A DNA stretch of 64,000 bases from Dehalococcoidia bacterium (lineage in GTDB: Bacteria > Chloroflexota > Dehalococcoidia > Lucifugimonadales > VXLM01): positions 3,132,507 through 3,196,506 of the forward strand of contig OY759598.1 of the NCBI GenBank assembly GCA_963662435.1, in the 5' to 3' direction. The notes under the pieces are model-generated. The model searched no databases. It was given only the letters and a program-made list of their open reading frames with translations, and was not told where the DNA came from. This document shows positions 33,920 to 44,300 of this stretch, one piece after another. The translations under genes and the position numbers were made by a program. The stretch's first letter is position 1, and each line of letters starts with the position of its first letter.

Positions 33920-34900
33920 TTACTCGCTGGCGCTCCTGGGTGCCTCGCCTCCCGTGTCCCCGCCGCCCGATGGGGTCGCCATCGAAGCCGCCGAGCTGAG
34001 GCCGCTTGACGCAGCCGACAACCCCGCGCTGGCTGCGACTGCGCCAACGGCGACGCCTCCCGGCCCTCCCGCAGCGCCGCCCGCCATCAGCCCAATGGTC
34101 CGGGCCGACCGCACCATCGACGCGGGCAGGTTCATGCCGAAATAGAGCATCGAGAGCCAGCTATCGAAGGTCCCGGCGTTGCCCAGCAGCGACGGGACCC
34201 TTGTCGCCATGTAGACGAAGGCCAACGACATGAGCAGCTTCCAGATAAGGTCCTGCACCGGCTCGAAGGCCGCTATCGCCGCCACCTCGTTCAGGAACCC
34301 AAAACCCAAGGCAAGGGCGATGAGCTGGATGGCCTGTTGGAACACCGTCGTCATGAAGAGCCTGAGCCAATGGCGGCCCCAGCCAGCCGTGTGCGGCAGA
34401 ATCCACAGCCCCAGGGCTATGGGGGCGAGCGCGAGAAGAATGTCGATGAGGGCAAGCCTCAGAACCATCTGCACGATGACGTAGAGGACGAAGAAGCCGT
34501 AGACCATGTAGAGGACGGCAAGCAGCAGGGCCATGCCCACGCTCCCGGCCTGGACCGCCGTTAGCAAAGTCTTGAGGGTCGCGCGGAGCAAGTCTCCGGG
34601 GGTGACGTCGAGGGATGCGGCGACGAAGCCCGACACGGCGTCGGCCACGTCGATGACCAACGCGCACCACCACAGGGACGACGCGGCAGCCACCAGACCC
34701 AGCACCAGCCGGGGAACCATCTCCCGCCACCCGGTCTGGGACCTGCCAAGGTGCTCGGACACGATGAGCGAGAGGCCCATCCATCCGAGGATGACGACAA
34801 GGGCACCGGAGGTGACGGCCCAGACGACCATCCACGCCTGCTGCACCAGGTCGTGGGCGTAGGTGAGATTGGGGGGAGTCCCGGTGAGGATGTCGCTCAT
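33920..34900 (-). CDS. TrbL/VirB6-like polytopic membrane protein
   Basis: Many TMs, RLALIDILLALAPIAL...W motif and Gly/Ala-rich tail. Confidence 0.78.
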   Translation of the reverse strand: MSDILTGTPPNLTYAHDLVQQAWMVVWAVTSGALVVILGWMGLSLIVSEHLGRSQTGWREMVPRLVLGLVAAASSLWWCALVIDVADAVSGFVAASLDVTPGDLLRATLKTLLTAVQAGSVGMALLLAVLYMVYGFFVLYVIVQMVLRLALIDILLALAPIALGLWILPHTAGWGRHWLRLFMTTVFQQAIQLIALALGFGFLNEVAAIAAFEPVQDLIWKLLMSLAFVYMATRVPSLLGNAGTFDSWLSMLYFGMNLPASMVRSARTIGLMAGGAAGGPGGVAVGAVAASAGLSAASSGLSSAASMATPSGGGDTGGEAPRSASE

Positions 34901-34903
34901 CGG

Positions 34904-35518
34904 CTACTCGCCCTCGCAATTGTCGGCGTCCTCGCCTGAGGCCCGCTCCACGACGCCGCAGAGGGTCCCGTGGACTCCCTCGATCATCCAACCTGCGAAG
35001 GCCCTCGCCCAGCGAGCGGGATTGAGGGCCGACAGAATCTTGTCCCAGATGCGTCCGGGCTGGTGGATGGGTACGACGGCGTAGAAGTCGCCCCTGTTGC
35101 CGTCTTCGGCCACGGCCAACATGACCAGCAGGTAAGCCCGGTCGGGATCGAGGTCGGGCTGCTCGTCGAGCTTGGGGTACTCCCACGAGTACTCCCAGCC
35201 GTCTGAGCGCTTCTTCTCGCCGCCCCTGACCCGGTACATGGCGCTTATCCAGTCGCCGGTGTCGGCGTCCCGGACGGCGTAGAAGAGGTCCGCAAGCTCG
35301 CGGTCGAAGATTGGTCTTGCGACGAACTCGCCGCCCTTCTTGCGCTCCACGAACTCCCGGTCTGCGTTGACCAGAGTGATCTCGTTAGCGGGCGGTTCTT
35401 GGGCTAGGGCGATCCCGCTGGTTGGAATGGCCACCAGCGCCGCCAACAGCAGCGCGGCGGCCAGCGGAATGAGCCGCCTAACTGACCGGAGCTTCGATTT
35501 CAGCGCCAACTCGTTCAC
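34904..35518 (-). CDS. Exported hypothetical protein, first gene of tra operon
   Basis: Signal peptide ending ALA-QE. Stop lies 3 nt before the next start. Confidence 0.7.
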   Translation of the reverse strand: MNELALKSKLRSVRRLIPLAAALLLAALVAIPTSGIALAQEPPANEITLVNADREFVERKKGGEFVARPIFDRELADLFYAVRDADTGDWISAMYRVRGGEKKRSDGWEYSWEYPKLDEQPDLDPDRAYLLVMLAVAEDGNRGDFYAVVPIHQPGRIWDKILSALNPARWARAFAGWMIEGVHGTLCGVVERASGEDADNCEGE

Positions 35519-35967
35519 CTCGATGCGGGTTGCTGCAAATCACGAGATCACAGCGATTGCAGAGAGTGTGAACAACCCAAACGAGAAAAAAGACCCCTAG
35601 CAGGGTGGCACCTTGCAAGGTCTCTTATCGGAGGCCCGTCTCGTGCAGTATTGGGGGTGTACAGGAAATGCAGTTTGGTGACGAAGTGACCGAAGTCGGG
35701 ATTTCGTAGCCAAAACAGGGATAAATCGGCCCCTATTGGACGTGAACAGGAAGCAATCTGTTGAAAGTCCCCAGTTCGGTTGGCAATGACAAGAAAGGGC
35801 TTGAGGTGGGGGTGTCTACACAGGGGAAAATCGACGGCCCGATGACAAAACTCGCCCGAAAACCCGCTTGAGGTGGGGGTGGGTTACGCCGGACGGGAAC
35901 TCTGAAGAGACCGGAGATGTCGGAAATTCATAGCTGAGAGGAGTTCTTGGAAAAGGAGGAAATTGCC

Positions 35968-36825
35968 ATGAAGACCACTGAGCACGGCATCGAGGAGAGC
36001 AGGGACGTGGAGAACATGTACCACATGCGGCTCATGACCCTCCTGCAAGAGCTGGTGCGGGAGCGGGGCCACAAGGGAGCTGCGCGGGTGCTGGAGATCG
36101 ACCAGCGCACCGTGGCCGAGTGCGCCAGGACGGGAAGGCTGTCGCGGCGCGTGCGAGAGGCGCTGGAGCGAGCGTTGCAGGAGGGCGTCGGCTCGGCGGC
36201 CGCCCGTCAGCGGGAGCGCAACGACAGGCTGGAAGAACGGTTGCAGCAGTTGGAGAGCGAAGTGGAGTCCTTGGGCAAGGAGGCGCGCAGGCGTCTGTCC
36301 AAGGTCGAAGGCAGTGTCGAGGCGCTGGGGCGGGACGACACCTTGAGGGCGAAGACGACCGGGGCCGGTCATGCCGGCGCCGGTCCAACGCCGATGGGTT
36401 CGGGGAGTTCGGAAGGCGGGGCGTCACGACGGGACGGAAGTCCTCCGCCAGAGTCACCGATGCGGCGCGAGCACCCAGACCTGGTGACCCTTGAGCCTGC
36501 CGATGACGACAAGGAGGTCTTCGGCGAAGCCTGGCCTCTGGTCGTCCAGTGGCGGGAGCTGAAGGAATCTCACCCCAATGACGGGAAGGGCCTTGAGTGG
36601 CTCGTCCAGCGGGAACGCCTGCTGGTGATGGAGCTTGCGCTGCTTGAAGAGCACGGGATGACGCTTCCCCCGGAGAAGCAGCCTCTGCACGGCCTCGACC
36701 GCAGCGGCCAGGTCAGCTGGCGCAGGACGGCGCTCTTCGACACGCGGAGAGCGCGGGCCAGGAGCGAGCTAGTGTCCAAGGTGTGGCGGGCGCTGACGCT
36801 GCGGTGGTGGCTGCCCTCGCGGTAA
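35968..36825 (+). CDS. Hypothetical protein with N-terminal HTH-like and coiled-coil region
   Basis: GHKGAARVLEIDQRTV HTH-like segment. AAGGAGG RBS. Confidence 0.65.
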   Translation: MKTTEHGIEESRDVENMYHMRLMTLLQELVRERGHKGAARVLEIDQRTVAECARTGRLSRRVREALERALQEGVGSAAARQRERNDRLEERLQQLESEVESLGKEARRRLSKVEGSVEALGRDDTLRAKTTGAGHAGAGPTPMGSGSSEGGASRRDGSPPPESPMRREHPDLVTLEPADDDKEVFGEAWPLVVQWRELKESHPNDGKGLEWLVQRERLLVMELALLEEHGMTLPPEKQPLHGLDRSGQVSWRRTALFDTRRARARSELVSKVWRALTLRWWLPSR

Positions 36826-37549
36826 TGACTCGCGCTGCCAGGGTGAAAACTGAAGCAATTTGCCGGGTGGTGGCACGCAGGGGGTCTTTTGGGGGTCGAG
36901 GATCGCCGATAATGACCTCACTGTTAGGCTTTTTCCAAGGTTTCCGACCATGGAAACCTGGGTGCGTGATCCCTGTTGCACGGGCTTTGCCCAAGAGGGA
37001 ATGCTGGCAATGCGGAGTTTGACGTTGGTCCTTCGCAACCAGCGCGGGCCGATTTGACGGAATTGACGCAAGGGCCTCCGTCCTCGGCTCAGTCCGGCGG
37101 TGGAAGTTTGACGTTGGTCCTTCACCCGCTGGACGCCCCGTCCGGTTGGTCGGAGTTGATCGCTCCGGTCGCTGGACACCCGTCTGACGGCTGGGGTAGA
37201 TCGCCTCATCCGTCGGACATGGGAACGACGTGCTCAGAGCGCATCGTTCTCGGCAACCCCGTATCGAGTACGGGGCAGGCTCTGGTCGAAGTGCACCTGT
37301 CGCTTCGACCAATTCAACATGTCTGCGGTCAGGCTGGCACACAGCCGCACCGCAGCTCCGACACGCGCCGGTCTGCCCTCTCAAGCAGGCTGGCCGCTTC
37401 ACGTCTTGCAGCCTCCCCGGTTGACCTTTGTTCACCCTGGGCGAGCTGCGTCTTCGGCACCCCGGTCTTCCCTGCGTTCGCATCGCTGGCGGGGCGGATG
37501 CGTCTTCGGAACGGAGTCCAGGCCACAAACACGCAAGGAGGTAACGCAC

Positions 37550-38035
37550 ATGGACGACACGCGGATACGGACGGAACGGTACACGGGACCCAGCGCAAGG
37601 CGGACCGCCGACCTGCTGCCGCACCGGGTCAGCTTCGAGCGGGGCTGGTTCTGGACGACGGCCTTCTGTCACGGAGGGCAGTCGGACGGGCTGGCGTTCC
37701 GGCAGCGGCCCGACGGCAACGGCATCGACGTGCGGTGCCACACCGGGGGCTGCGGTCCCGGCGTGGTGATAACCGAGATGGAGGCGCTCATCGGGCTGGA
37801 CATCTGGACGGCCTACGAGCCGGTCTCCGACGCGGCGGCCAAGCCTGACGAGAAGCGGCCCTGGTGGAAGAGGCCGAAGGTCATTGGGGCCGGGGTCATA
37901 GCCCTGGTCGTGGCGGCGCCGCTGCTGACGTTCGACCTGGAGGTCTTCTTGCTGAACCTGTTCGGGCTGGGCGTCCTGGCGCTGCTGCTCAAGCGGTTTA
38001 TACCCCGGCGTCCGGGGAGCCGGTTCCGCCGCTGA
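37550..38035 (+). CDS. Hypothetical protein: Zn-finger-like N-terminus with two C-terminal TM helices
   Basis: AAGGAGGT RBS. CH-x21-CHTGGC motif and hydrophobic tail. Confidence 0.65.
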   Translation: MDDTRIRTERYTGPSARRTADLLPHRVSFERGWFWTTAFCHGGQSDGLAFRQRPDGNGIDVRCHTGGCGPGVVITEMEALIGLDIWTAYEPVSDAAAKPDEKRPWWKRPKVIGAGVIALVVAAPLLTFDLEVFLLNLFGLGVLALLLKRFIPRRPGSRFRR

Positions 38036-38164
38036 CGGCTTCGGGCCGGTCACAACTCAATCCAATCACAAGGGTCGTCTCCATCAGGGGACGGCCCTTC
38101 TTCTTTGCCCGCAAGCGGGCGCAATCGGCAAGGCAACAAAACAAAGGCACTTAGGAGGTGCGAA

Positions 38165-38644
38165 ATGACGACGGCGACACTGGTAGCTGGCAATCGGACG
38201 ACGGACACGATGGACAGGCCCCGGCGCAGCCTGGAGGAGCTGGTCGACCAGCTCTTCGCGGCAATGGGGTTCAGGGACGAGAGGGAGACGACGGCAGAGA
38301 CGGCGGAGCCGAGCGCGACGCGGAGCATCCACGAGGCGCGGCGGCTCAGGCAGGCGGGGGACGTGGACACCGCGCTGGCAGTGCTGGGCGGCGTGAACGT
38401 GGCGAAGGCCACGCAGAGAGAGGTCCGGTGGGCCTTCTCAGAGTGGAAGGGCCTCGTGAAGCGGCGGTTCGGAGACCGGGCCTCGGCGCTCTACACGCAG
38501 GGCGCGGGACGGGCCGCCGCGCTGGCGCCCCTCGGCGACGGGACGCTGGAGGTGGTCGCTGCGCTGGGGATGCGCTGGCGGCCCGGCAAGCTGGTCTCGG
38601 AGCGCAGCCTCCGGGGGCTGAGACTCCTGAACGGGGGTGCGTGA
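38165..38644 (+). CDS. Hypothetical protein
   Basis: AGGAGGT RBS. TGA overlaps the primase ATG. Confidence 0.65.
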   Translation: MTTATLVAGNRTTDTMDRPRRSLEELVDQLFAAMGFRDERETTAETAEPSATRSIHEARRLRQAGDVDTALAVLGGVNVAKATQREVRWAFSEWKGLVKRRFGDRASALYTQGAGRAAALAPLGDGTLEVVAALGMRWRPGKLVSERSLRGLRLLNGGA

Positions 38645-39696
38645 TGGTCGCCGCCAATGCCTCGGTTGACATTCCAGCGCTGAAGGCGCGTTACCCCCTG
38701 GGCGACACGGTGGAGGTGTCGGGCATTCGGCTCAAGGGAAGGGGCAGGGTCCGCCAGGGCGTCTGCCCTTTCCACGATGAATTGGAGGGAAGCTTCACGG
38801 TGTACGAAGACTCGCAGAGGTTCTGGTGCTTTGGCTGTGGTAGTGGCGGCGACGTGCTGGACTTCATCCAGCGCATGGAGAACCTCACGCTGCCGGAGGC
38901 CATCGCCCGGCTGGACGGGGGCCATTGGCCCGTTTCCGGGGCCGCCAACCGTCCAGCCAGGGCTCGCCGTCCTGCGTCCGCCGCGCTCCCTCCACGAGAC
39001 CCCGCACTGCTGACGACGGCGGCGCGCTTCTACGCCGGATGCCTCCGGCGTTCCTCAGAAGCGCGGGGATACCTGGCCTCGCGGGGCGTCAGCCCGGTCG
39101 CCGCAGCCCGCCTGGGCCTCGGCTACGCGCCGGGCAGCGGGCTGCGGCAGGCTCTTGAGTCCCTCGGCTTCTCGGAGAAGCGCATTCGGGACTCAGGGCT
39201 GTTCACCGCGCGGGATTCGGAGCGGTTCGCCTGGATGGTCGTCGTCCCCGAAATTTCCGGCGGCCTCGTCTGCTGGCTCGTGGGACGGGCCGTCGTTCCC
39301 GACCGGACTCCCCGGTTCCAGGCCCTACCCGGCCCCAAGCCGGTGCTCGGACTCGGCAGGCTCGGTCCCGCGTACCCGTGGGTCGTCGTGGCCGAGGGGG
39401 TCTTCGACTGGCTCCTCCTCACGGGATGGGGCCTTCCCGCCTGCGCTGCCCTGGGGACCCAGGGCGTTGAGCGCATCGCCTCTGCTCTCCGGGGCTGCCC
39501 CCGCGTCTTCCTCGCCTTCGACAACGACGACGCGGGCGGTGAGGCGACGGACGGGCTTCTGACCCTGCTCGGGCGCAGGGCCGCCGCCGTCGTCCTTCCC
39601 GAAGACATCGGCGACGTGGCCGAGCTTGCGGCCCTTCCCCAGGGCCGCGCCCTCTTCCACCGCCTGCTCTCGCAGGCTGCCCGCTCCACCCGCTAG
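38644..39696 (+). CDS. DnaG-type primase (CHC2 zinc finger + TOPRIM)
   Basis: CPFH...WCFGCGSGGD, YLASRG, AEGVFD and AFDNDDAG motifs. Confidence 0.9.
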   Translation: MVAANASVDIPALKARYPLGDTVEVSGIRLKGRGRVRQGVCPFHDELEGSFTVYEDSQRFWCFGCGSGGDVLDFIQRMENLTLPEAIARLDGGHWPVSGAANRPARARRPASAALPPRDPALLTTAARFYAGCLRRSSEARGYLASRGVSPVAAARLGLGYAPGSGLRQALESLGFSEKRIRDSGLFTARDSERFAWMVVVPEISGGLVCWLVGRAVVPDRTPRFQALPGPKPVLGLGRLGPAYPWVVVAEGVFDWLLLTGWGLPACAALGTQGVERIASALRGCPRVFLAFDNDDAGGEATDGLLTLLGRRAAAVVLPEDIGDVAELAALPQGRALFHRLLSQAARSTR

Positions 39697-39911
39697 CTCC
39701 CCGCCGCCTTTCCTTCCCGCTTTCTCCCTACCGGGCTTCCCCGGCCCGCTTACTAGCGGGACTCGCTCCCGCTTGATCCCCATTCCCACTCTCACCAATG
39801 AGGAGGACCTATGCCTGATTCACGACGGGCCTTTGCCCGCTCACGGGTTCCCACGGGTAACCCGCATCGGTCATTCGCTACAGGAAAACAACACCCACAA
39901 GGAGAAACGCC

Positions 39912-40784
39912 ATGACTAACGGCAACAACAACGGACACCACGGGAGCGGTCTCGTCCACGTAAACGGGGCGGCCAAGAACGGCAACGGGGCGCACAACGA
40001 CCCCGCCGTCATCGGCGAGCATGACCCCGCATCGAGTGCGGGGCTGGCTCTGCTCTGGGACGGGCTCTCGCCCGCAGTGACGAACGCCCTCTCGCAGCCC
40101 CTCGACCCCACTCTGGTCTCCCAGCGCAAGGGCCGGGGCGGAAGGGTCTTCGACTACCTCGAAGGGCACGTGGTCATCGACCAGGCCAACAGAGTATTCG
40201 GGTTCGGCGGCTGGGGCGTGGAGCTTGTCGGCAACGTGACCCTGCGCCGCATCGAGACCGTCGATGCCCAGACTGGAGAGGTGAAGGTCTCACAAGTCTA
40301 CAGCGCTCCCGTCCGGGTCACGGTGGCAGGCGCGCTGCCCCGCACCGACGTGGGCGTCCACCCGGTGACCGATGACAACTTCGATGGGCACGACACGGCC
40401 ATCAAGGGCGCGGTCACGGACGGCATGAAGCGGGCGTTCCGCAGCTTCGGGGGACAGTTCGGCAACTCGTTCTACGGCGACCAGCAGCCGGTGGCCGCCC
40501 AGGGGAAGCCGGAGCGGGTCCCCGTGCAGGCCAACGGCAACGGGAAGCCTGCCCAGGCGCAGGCCAGGGGCGGCAGCGATGCCCAGGCCGCGAAGCTGCG
40601 CAAGCGGCTCATCGAGATCGCCTTGGAGCAGGGCTTCGACGAGGACGGCGTGCGCACCGCCGTCGTCAACCGCACCGGCAAGAGCGTCGACGACCTGACG
40701 GCCGGCGAGCTCGGGCCGCTGGTGGAGGCCGCCGCCAACAAGCTCCGGCAGATGCAGCAGGAGCAGGCGCAACAGGCCGCCTAG
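39912..40784 (+). CDS. Rad52/Rad22-family single-strand annealing protein
   Basis: YLEGHVVIDQANRVFGFGGW and AIKGAVTDGMKRAFRSFG..FGNS.Y motifs. Confidence 0.88.
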   Translation: MTNGNNNGHHGSGLVHVNGAAKNGNGAHNDPAVIGEHDPASSAGLALLWDGLSPAVTNALSQPLDPTLVSQRKGRGGRVFDYLEGHVVIDQANRVFGFGGWGVELVGNVTLRRIETVDAQTGEVKVSQVYSAPVRVTVAGALPRTDVGVHPVTDDNFDGHDTAIKGAVTDGMKRAFRSFGGQFGNSFYGDQQPVAAQGKPERVPVQANGNGKPAQAQARGGSDAQAAKLRKRLIEIALEQGFDEDGVRTAVVNRTGKSVDDLTAGELGPLVEAAANKLRQMQQEQAQQAA

Positions 40785-40873
40785 TTCGACCGGACAGACC
40801 GGCACAACGGAGCGGGGCCGTCTCCCTTGGGGGCCGCCCCGCTCCTTCACTACAGGAAAGGGAGGACGAACCG

Positions 40874-41377
40874 ATGACGACCATGACCGCAACCTACACA
40901 CCCTGGGGCTGGACGAAGGACGCGGTGGAGCTGGCGGAGGGCATTCTGAGGGTCACGACGCCCTCGCACGGCGGGCTGAAGCTCAGCCGGGAGCGGTGGG
41001 ACGAGCTTCCCGCCGCCGTCCGCGACACGATGCTCACCCCCACCTTCGCCGAGGAGGACTGCGAGGAGCCCATTGTCCGGCTGCTCCTGGGCGTCGGCGA
41101 CGACCGCGACCGGGAGATGGCCCTCATCGTGGCGGACTATTTCGACCGCTACGCCCCCGCGCTCCCCTTCATCCGCCACCACCCGCCGGGCCACCACTAC
41201 CACGTCCTCTTCTACTGGGGAGGCCACGGATCGGACACCTTCGAGCGGTTCGACACCCTTGTGGAGGCCGAGTCCTTCGCCAACGACCCGGAGATGGTCG
41301 CGAAGTACGGGCGGATGGAGCATATCGAGTGCAGCCAGACCCGACCCCTCTGCGTGGCGGAAGGGAGAAGGCCATGA
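40874..41377 (+). CDS. Hypothetical protein (TPWG...TPSHGG...EEDC motif type common on mobile elements)
   Basis: GGAGG RBS. ATGA overlap with the next gene. Confidence 0.65.
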   Translation: MTTMTATYTPWGWTKDAVELAEGILRVTTPSHGGLKLSRERWDELPAAVRDTMLTPTFAEEDCEEPIVRLLLGVGDDRDREMALIVADYFDRYAPALPFIRHHPPGHHYHVLFYWGGHGSDTFERFDTLVEAESFANDPEMVAKYGRMEHIECSQTRPLCVAEGRRP

Positions 41378-44300
41378 CCGCGAAGACAAGGGACAGGCCC
41401 CGCAGCCTTCCCAGCACGACGACCAAGCTCCAGACGGAGTTCGGCAGCCTGTGTGCGCCGCGTGACGCGGCTTAGGATCCTCGACTCAATCGAGAGGGAC
41501 TCGGAGAAAGTCCCTGGGCCAACCGACCTACCTCAAAGCGAAAGCCTAGGGGGAAAGCAGCATGTCGGTAAAGCGGCTACAGCCCCAAAGCGTTGTAGGG
41601 CTGGTTCCGCAAGGCCCGCGCGATACGGTGAAAGCTACACTGCCTGAACCCCAGTCCCCAGTTGGCGTTGCTGACGCCCGCCGGTAGAACGCTTGTAATC
41701 CGGCGTCACTCCTTGCACTGGTATGTAGAGGTTACCAGTGCACCTCCGAGGAGTGAACGATGACCAATGCGGTCCATTCAAGGGAACGAACAGGGCACCT
41801 ACAGTCGCGCTAGAACGTCCTATGTCGAAGACAGAGGGGGAAGGGAGCATTTGCTGAAGCAGCACTAAAACCAGAACCAGTACAAAAGGGTCCAAAAGAC
41901 GCCGCTTAGGACAAGGAGGCCAAATATGCCTCCAATCCAACGCAGCATCGAGCCAACAGGCGACCCTCTGGTGACCTCACGGCGACCCTGCCATCGCCCT
42001 TCGGCGTCCCAGGGTGCGTCGCGGTCGTTGTCCAACGTGGTCTCCGGTCGATTGTGCCGGACTAGTCCGATAACACTGCCGACCAACACGGCAAAGACCA
42101 AATCGGCGAGCCAAGAGACCATTAAGACTTCAATTGGTGACGGTGACATGGCTGTCAAAGTAAGTGAACTTAAACCCTTCTGTCAATACGGAACGCGGGA
42201 TGGCCTACGGGGGGAGACCCCTATGGTCACGGAGTCCTCGTAGTAGTCCGAGCCGGGGAAAGCCTGGCACATGGCGAAGGAGGACAGGTGGTTTCGACGG
42301 AATACAACAGGGAGGTATGCACAATGCAACAAGCCGAAACTGTATTGAACGTCATACGCGAACGCGGAGAACGAGGATTGCCGCTGGAGAACATCTATCG
42401 GCTGCTATACAACCGGAACCTTTACCTGCGGGCCTACGGTCGCATCTACTCAAACCAGGGAGCTACGACCGAGGGAATTACCGCAGAGACCATGGACGGT
42501 ATGTCGCTGGCGAAAATCGACCGCATCATCGAAGCCTTGCGCTACGAGCGGTTCAGGTGGACGCCGGTGCGACGGGTCAACATTCCCAAGCCTAACGGCA
42601 AGACCCGCGCCCTGGGCATACCGACGGGGCCGGACAAGCTGCTGCAAGAGGTCATCCGGATGATTCTGGAAGCCTACTACGAGCCGCAGTTTTCCGACCG
42701 CTCCCATGGCTTTCGGCCCGACCGAGGATGCCACACTGCACTAAGTGAGGTGGCTAACACCTGGAAGGGAACCCGCTGGTTCGTCGAGGGAGACATCAAA
42801 GGGTGCTTCGACAACATCGACCACGATGTCCTGTTGTCGGTACTCGGAGAGAAGCTCCACGACAACCGATTCCTGCGCCTGCTCAAGTACCTACTGAAAG
42901 CAGGCTACGTTGAGGAGTGGAAGCATGGCCGCACGCTGAGCGGAACCCCGCAAGGCGGCATTGTCAGCCCCATCCTCGCCAACGTTTACCTAGACCGGTT
43001 GGACAAGTTTGTCGAGAACATGCTCACTCCAGCCCATACCCGGGGCCAAGCCCGAAGACGTAACCCCGCGTGGGCGGCGTTGAACGGTCAAGCGTGGTAT
43101 CACGCGAAGCAGGGCCACCGCACAAAGGCATTGGCACTGCGCAAGCAGATGCAACAACTGCCATCAGGCGACCCCTACGACCCCGGCTACCGACGGCTGC
43201 GATACGTTCGCTACGCAGACGACTTCGTGCTGGGCTTCACCGGGCCAAAGGCCGAAGCCGAGCAGATAAAGGAGTCCTTGGAGACCTTCCTGAGCCACTC
43301 GCTCAAGCTGGAGCTTTCCAAGGAGAAAACTCTCATAACCCACGCCACCAGCCAGGCGGCCAAGTTCCTCGGTTATGAACTCGTGAACCAACAGGCCAAC
43401 GACCAGTTCGACCACCGTGGTCAGCGTAGCGTCAACGGCCAAATCGGGCTGCGAGTTCCCGCCAAAGTCATCGAACAACACTGCCAAGCCTACATGAAGA
43501 ACGGCAAACCGATGCACCGCAACGTACTCATCCACGACGAGGACTACTCCATCGTGGACAGGTATCAGTCGGAGTTCCGGGGCGTCGTTGAGTATTACCG
43601 GCTCGCCGTGAATGTCTCCCACTTCGGGAGGCTGCAATGGGTAATGAGCCAGTCGCTCGCCAAGACCCTTGCGGCCAAGCACAAGACCACATGCCGGAAA
43701 ATCATACGGCGCTACAAGAGCACCGTCCAAACCGAGCATGGGGCACGCGTTTGCCTCAAGGTCGTCAAGGAACAGGGCAATGGGAAACGCCCACGGGTAA
43801 CGCAGTTCGGTGGCATACCCCTGAAGCGGAACCGGCAGGCAGTCCTAGTAGACCGACAGCCTCAGCGATACAGGTTCAACCGCAACGAGCTTATCAAACG
43901 GCTCGAAGCGGACGAATGCGAGATGTGCGGCTCAATGGAGGACATCCAAGTCCACCACATCCGCGCACTTCGCGACCTGAACGTGAAAGGCCAACGGGAA
44001 AAGCCCAAGTGGGTACAAATCATGGCGGCGCGAAAACGAATAACCCTCGTGGTTTGCCGAACGTGTCACACGAACATCCACCACGGGCGAAGTAATCCGC
44101 AGAAGCAGACATAGACCACTGGAGAGCCGGATGCGATGAAAGTCGCACGTCCGGTTCGGAAGGGGGCCGACGGAAAAGTGCTCCGGGCAACCGGAGTAAC
44201 TCGCCGCCGGCCTACCTTACACGTCACCGTCTCGACGGACGAAAACGGCGAGCCCTTCGAGGTCTTCGGCTGGCTGGGCAAGGGCGGCAGCTTCCAACAC

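Larger units (their letters stand above)
41453..44220 (+). mobile_element. Group IIA intron 1 (2768 nt)
   Basis: 5' GTGCG, DIII ...TAGTAGTCCGAG...ATGGCGAAG, DV GAGCCGGATGCGATGAAAGTCGCACGTCCGGTTC and 3' end CCTACCTTAC. Confidence 0.95.
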
